A stretch of DNA of 64,000 bases from the human T2T-CHM13v2.0 reference genome, Homo sapiens. Numbering within the stretch: position 1 is the first letter of the stretch; each line of letters opens with the position of its first letter. A program made the position numbers and the translations under genes. The stretch lies in assembly GCF_009914755.1 (NCBI RefSeq), contig NC_060925.1; one strand, 5' to 3'. Of the stretch, positions 58,622 through 64,000 are shown piece after piece. Below the pieces are notes generated by a model, which made no database searches, was not told where the DNA came from, and worked only from the letters and a program-made list of their open reading frames with translations.

Positions 58622-58704
58622 ATGAACTTTTCCATTTCATAATTTTTCACAGGGCTAAAGAGCCAGCTACCCCTTTGGAAACAGTTACAAGTTATCTGGA
58701 ATTC

Positions 58705-59112
58705 TATATTAATCCTCATAGGCTGGTTGTACTGTGGTAATAATAGACCCTTAAATCTTAGTGGCTTAACAAAATAAAAGTTCCTTTCTTACTCAGAAAA
58801 AGTCTGCTGTGTCTCTAGCTGTGCTAATACGTGGTATCTGACCATCTAGGCCATCCATTTTATGTTGCCACTATCTCAGCATGAGACTTCAGTGTTCATC
58901 GTGGCAGAGAAAGGGAGTAGGGAGAATTGAGTGCTAGTGCTTAAACGCTTCCAGCCAAAAGAGTCATACACCACACTTTGCTCACATTTCATTGACTAAA
59001 GTAAGTCGCTCACTCATATGGAACATCCAAGGGGCAGGGAGGTTTGCCTCTTATAAAACCAGAGGGGACAAAGAATAGAAAATATTAGCGAGCACTAGCA
59101 ATATCTACCACA
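58705..59112 (-). mobile_element. Old MaLR LTR, MLT1J/K/L-like
   Basis: aaatcttagtggcttaacaaaataaaagtt...gctcacatttcattgact...atatctaccaca. Confidence 0.75.
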
Positions 59113-61789
59113 AATGCCAAAAGCATGCAAAGTCAGATGGCATTCCAGCCTTACTCTGTATCTCAATAAAGATTATATACAGTAGCACAGGAATAATTTT
59201 ATTTTCCTAGGAGGACTGGATTACCACAAATGCTATGTGTTTGCTTTTGTTTGTTTCACTTGGGACCTACATTAAGTGGAAATAAAGACTTGGTAACATT
59301 TAGGGTTTGAAAGGTGCCCAGATTGATAGCCTGATGATGGGTGGGTGACATTCTTCAGCTCAGCTGGGCTGGGCTGAGCAAATGAAGAGACTAACAGCCA
59401 GCACAGGACCTAGAAAAGGCTCTATAGTTTGAGATGAAATGGTATAAAATTGATAAGTAGGGAAGACAAACGAAATGCTTTAAAGATGTATGGCAACAAA
59501 TCTTCAAAAGGCATGGTCTTGACAGTGAAACAATCCACAGCAGACTGGCCAGCATGGTGTAAGGGGCTGGGAGTGAAGGCTTCAGGGCACTTCCAGTCTA
59601 TAAGGCACTTCATAAACAGTGCCTGAAGCTGCAAATCAAAGGCTTCTCAGTGCAGCATTAGTCACATTTTCTGTGCGCGTTGTAGTCACATCTTCTCAGA
59701 CACATTTCGAGGGGCCACCTGTGACTATGAAGCACAGAACTATTATAGGGCATGGATTTGAGCTACCAATAACATTGCTTTTTAAGATTATACAGCATAA
59801 AATAGAGTGGATATTTGATAATTAGGTGGTTAACTAGATCAATATGGGTAACCAAACAGAGTAACCAGGTTTCTAAGAAGAAAAGGAAAGGAGATGGATA
59901 TTTCATCTGAATGTCTAAACTGATTTGGTTAAGTGTGAGACTGCCAATTATTCAGGGCAACTGAAGATATCCTCACCTATCCTTCCTAAGCTCCCAGGGT
60001 TTTGGTAACGCTGTTCAATATCCATATCATCTTGAAGCTAAAAATAAATTTAATTATGGTTTGTTTTGTTTGACTTTTTTTTTTGGTAAATTAAATCCCC
60101 CTTTTATTATTCCAAACAGCAGACATTTCAATTTTTTCCCCTGAAATCTTAGATGAGGACAAATTGGCATAAAGCTCAATATAATTATAATTTCTGTTGA
60201 CTCTTTACATTATCAAAATGACTCCTTTGTCTCCTATAATTACCAGAAAATTGTATCTTCAAACTAATATTCCCTTTATTCAAGTGAGCAGATGGGCTTA
60301 ACGGGAGATATAACAAATACATGTTTTTCTCAGGAAGAGTATCAGGGGCATAGCTCAAAATTGCAGAGAGGTATTTTCTTTACTCCATAAAATGAGGATT
60401 GGGAACAAAGCTAACTGGTTTGCTATAAATGTCCACTGATTGTGTAGAGATCATAGAAGGAAAGGTAGGGCATGAATTCAAGGCTAGAATTTGAATTCAA
60501 GTTTTAACTTACATGGATATAGTAATGATTTCTTTTTAAATCCTCAATCTCCACCCAGAACAAGAACAATCCTCATTTTTTTTCATGGTTTAAAAGCAAC
60601 ATCAGAATTAATCTGGACAACTTGTGTTGAATATGAAAAGCATTTTTATACAAGTTTTAAGTATATAATTAAATAAGGTGCATTCTGATTAGTTATATTT
60701 GATGAAGTATGAGGAATTATACTTAACCACTCCCATGAATGTGACAAAAGAAGTAACTGCATTTGTGTTTGGCAATTTGATGTAGTAAGGAGAAATGGGG
60801 AATCATAATCTGTATAAGCACGATGGACAAGAGAAAGGAACTTATGGGAGAATGACAACACAATGAAAATGTAGTATAGTTTACATTTTATTTCAGGCAT
60901 GCAATGGTGGATTGTGATAAGGCAGTTGTAGCAGCTACAGATTCAAAAAGCACATTGCTGCCCAAATTCCTAGAATTGGTGACCTGTTGGTACTCCACAC
61001 TCAGACATGGAAGTGGAAATCCATGTTCTGTACTATCTCATCCTATATCTCAATGTCCATGCAGGCACTGACAATTGATCACACACCTCTGCTGGGCTAG
61101 GCTTTGAATCACGAGCTTCCTCTATACAGGGCTCCCAGCAGGTACTACCAAATGATTAGAGTTGCCTTGTAAAATGAACCAACTTACCTCTGGGATGAGA
61201 GAAACCAAGTTGGGGAGGCTTACAGGACTTCACAAACTACTCTGGTTACAAGCAATGCAAAACTACCTCTTCCCATAACTTGAGGGACTCTTATCAGCCC
61301 CTCCCCTAATGGTTCACGTTAAATTCAGATGTTAACTTTTGGCAACAGCAGTAGACACCTCCCTTCTGCCTATTTTAGGAAGAATGATGGACTACTCATG
61401 ACAATTTACTGCCCAAACTTGAAGTTAATTAATTTATCTCCATTTTACCTGGAAAGTGAACACTTCTCAATTATTTAGAAGCTTTTTGGGATAGGAGGTG
61501 CTTCAAAAGACAAAGATGCTAGCTTTTGACCAGATCAAACAAAACTAAGCTAGTAAAATCATGGTGTCAATAGGTTAAGGTAACTTCTAAAAACAATTTG
61601 TAAGTACCATCTGAAAAATCTGCACAAAGCAGAGAAGGAATCAACTCATAAAGTATTGCTCAAATGTTTCTATCTACCCCAATATTACCCATATATTTTG
61701 GAAATGGATATATCACATATTCAGTATTATCCCAAATTGCCTATCTATCTATGCCTCTCCATGTTACGAATAGTTATAATAACAACCAC

Positions 61790-62045
61790 CATGTATTGAT
61801 TGCTTACAACTACATGCTATACACTTTAGATAGAGGATTTCTCTTTTTTATCACAGAAGACTTCTGTGTACATATATGATTTCTAATCTTTACAAAGTAC
61901 TGCAAAATAGCTATCATCATCTCAGTTTGCCTTTACATAAATGGAGGATTGTGGGATCCATGTAGCTGTTCCAAGCTCACCCAGTAGTAAGGCATCATGC
62001 CTGGATTTAAACTCAGACCTTCTGGGTTTCAAGCACTCTCTCTTC
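61790..62045 (-). mobile_element. MIR SINE
   Basis: ccaagctcacccagtagtaagg...ctggatttaaactcagaccttctg. Confidence 0.6.
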
Positions 62046-62869
62046 TGTGGTAAGCTTTTGACTACAGCACATTGACTTATTTGTGGGATCATCACACACT
62101 GATGAGATGATCAGAAGCTCAGAACAAGATGGGGCTAACAAATTTTATCCAACATTTTTTGCTTCTAAGGAGGAATAATCACAATTTATAAAACAGGTGT
62201 CTGTCTTATTTTTACAGGATACTTGACACTCCAGCATTCTACTTAAGATATCACTCAAACCATCTGACGATATTCAGATGTAGATTAAGTCTTCATAACA
62301 TTTATGCAGTACATTCTGATCTGATAATTTTGAACCTTTGAACTTTCAGGGACTGGTGTTTTGTTTTTTATTTTCCTTCCTCATGCCCTATGAAATGAAC
62401 TAAAACAATAAAAAATATTTAGCCTCATGTGATCTGACTACAATCATAGAAAGTGACCTCAATAATATATTTTATATCAATCATTACCCAAGTGACTGAT
62501 AGAAATGCAAATATCATCTGGAACTTTTCTAACAACATAATGTAACTGTCTGGCAGTCCCAGGGAGAATAACTGTGGGGACAAAGCTGTAATGGGAGAAG
62601 ATAACATGGACAAGAAGTACAGGGCCATACAATGAACTTGAAGAAAAATGGCTTTCATTCCCTTCCCTTCTCCTCTTTTCTGGGTTAGCTCCAAGAATGG
62701 TCATTACAGTATAAAAAAGTCCCCCAAAAATGTTATCATAGATGGACAGGAGTAAGCTGCAAGAGCCTACCAGCAGGTCCTTATTATAGATTTTCCATTT
62801 TAAGATTCTATATACTCATCAATAAAATTAAATTTTCTAATTATTACAGTTTACATTTTGAAAATATTA

Positions 62870-63725
62870 TATACATTTATTCTGGGCACAAGTTCTTCAT
62901 GAGATACAAGTATAGGAATATTTTCTCCCAATCTGTGACTTGAGTTTTCATTTTCTTAATTGTATCTTTTGATGAGTATGTTAATTGCGATGAAGCATAA
63001 TTCATCTATTTTTTCTTGTATGGTTAGTGTTTTTTTGGTATCCTGTCCAAGACATAATATATATAATATAACCCCAAGGTTATAAAGATATTTACTTAAT
63101 GTTTGCTTTTAAAAATGTACAGTTTGAAGGCAAGGAGTATATGCCTTCTGTTCAATTTTGCTGTGAATCTAAAACTCTAAAAAGAAAGTCTTATAGTCTT
63201 ACCTTACTGTTTACTTTTTTATATCATATATTTAAAATTACTTTTTTGTCCTGTGTGAGGTAGACATGAGGTTTATTTTTTAATATAGGTATCCAATAAT
63301 TCCAGTACTATTTGTTGAAAGGGCTTTCTTTTCTCCATTGGATTGCTTTTGCACCCCTGTCAAAAATCAATTGAGTGTATATGTGTGGGTCTATTTCTGG
63401 ACTTTCTATCCATTACATTGATCTATTTGTCTACCCTGACACCCAAACACACTTGCTTGATTACTGTAGATTTATAGAAAATCTTGAAGGCAGATAGTAC
63501 AAATTCTCCCACTTCCCACTTTGTTCTCCTTTTTCAAGATTGTTTTGGCTATTCTAGTTTGTCTGAATTCCAGTGTAAATTTTAGCATAGCTTGCCAACT
63601 TCTAAAAAACACATGTTGGGAGTTTGATTGGGATTATGATGTATATACAGATCAATCCAGGGAGAAATAACATCTTAATATATCTTACCATTATTTTAAG
63701 TCTTCTTTAATTTTTCTTCAGCAGT
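62870..63725 (-). mobile_element. Ancient L1M ORF2 relic
   Basis: aatattttctcccaatctgtg...tgtgtgggtctatttctggactttctat...ttcaagattgttttggctattctag. Confidence 0.8.
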
Positions 63726-63730
63726 TCTTC

Positions 63731-64000
63731 TTAACTTTTATTTTAGATGCAAGGGTACATATGCAGGTTTGTAATAAAGGTAAACTCGTGTCATGGGGGT
63801 TCATTATACAGGTTATTTTGTCACTCAGGTATTAAGCATAGTGCCCAGTAGTTATTTTTTTCCTGATCCTCTCCCTCCTTGCACCTTCCATCCTCAAGTA
63901 GGCCCCAGTGTTTGTTGTTCCCTATTTTGTGTCCTTGTATTCTCATTATTTAGCTCCCACTTATGAGTGACAAAATGGAGTGTTTAGTTTTCTGTTCCTG
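63731..64000 (-). mobile_element. LINE-1 3' end, L1PA15/16-like, runs off window
   Basis: aacttttattttag...ggtaaactcgtgtcatgggg...tttagctcccacttatgagtga. Confidence 0.9.

Noticed and set aside
59548-59568. ccagcatggtgtaagggg resembling an AmnSINE1 segment
   Set aside because: Isolated ~18-nt match with no flanking similarity.

Overview
This is AT-rich, CpG-poor primate (very likely human) non-coding DNA, either gene desert or a large intron. I recognise no cellular protein-coding gene, RNA gene, CpG island or CRISPR array. The window is a layered retroelement landscape: eight full-length or near-full-length Alus, one Alu left monomer and one Alu 3' fragment; LINE-1 copies from ancient L1M to young L1PA3-like; five MaLR solo LTRs; MER5A, MER45A and MER81 DNA-transposon relics; many L2/MIR relics; and microsatellites. 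All protein-like ORFs in the track are L1 fragments, Alu-derived frames or low-complexity artefacts. Family names come from my recall of consensus sequences, not from a RepeatMasker run, and ancient-repeat boundaries are approximate. I found no new biological system. The best leads: (1) two L1PA3-like copies about 4.3 kb apart form an ~750-bp inverted repeat and share a block of six non-consensus variants, suggesting gene conversion and an inversion-prone segment; (2) one of them is a twin-primed 5'-inverted L1; (3) a TSD-flanked AluY left monomer; (4) an Alu with a duplicated first 15 nt; (5) a 299-nt perfectly alternating purine/pyrimidine tract bracketed by a 19-bp direct repeat; (6) several clean minus-strand candidate exons that hint at a spliced non-coding transcript.
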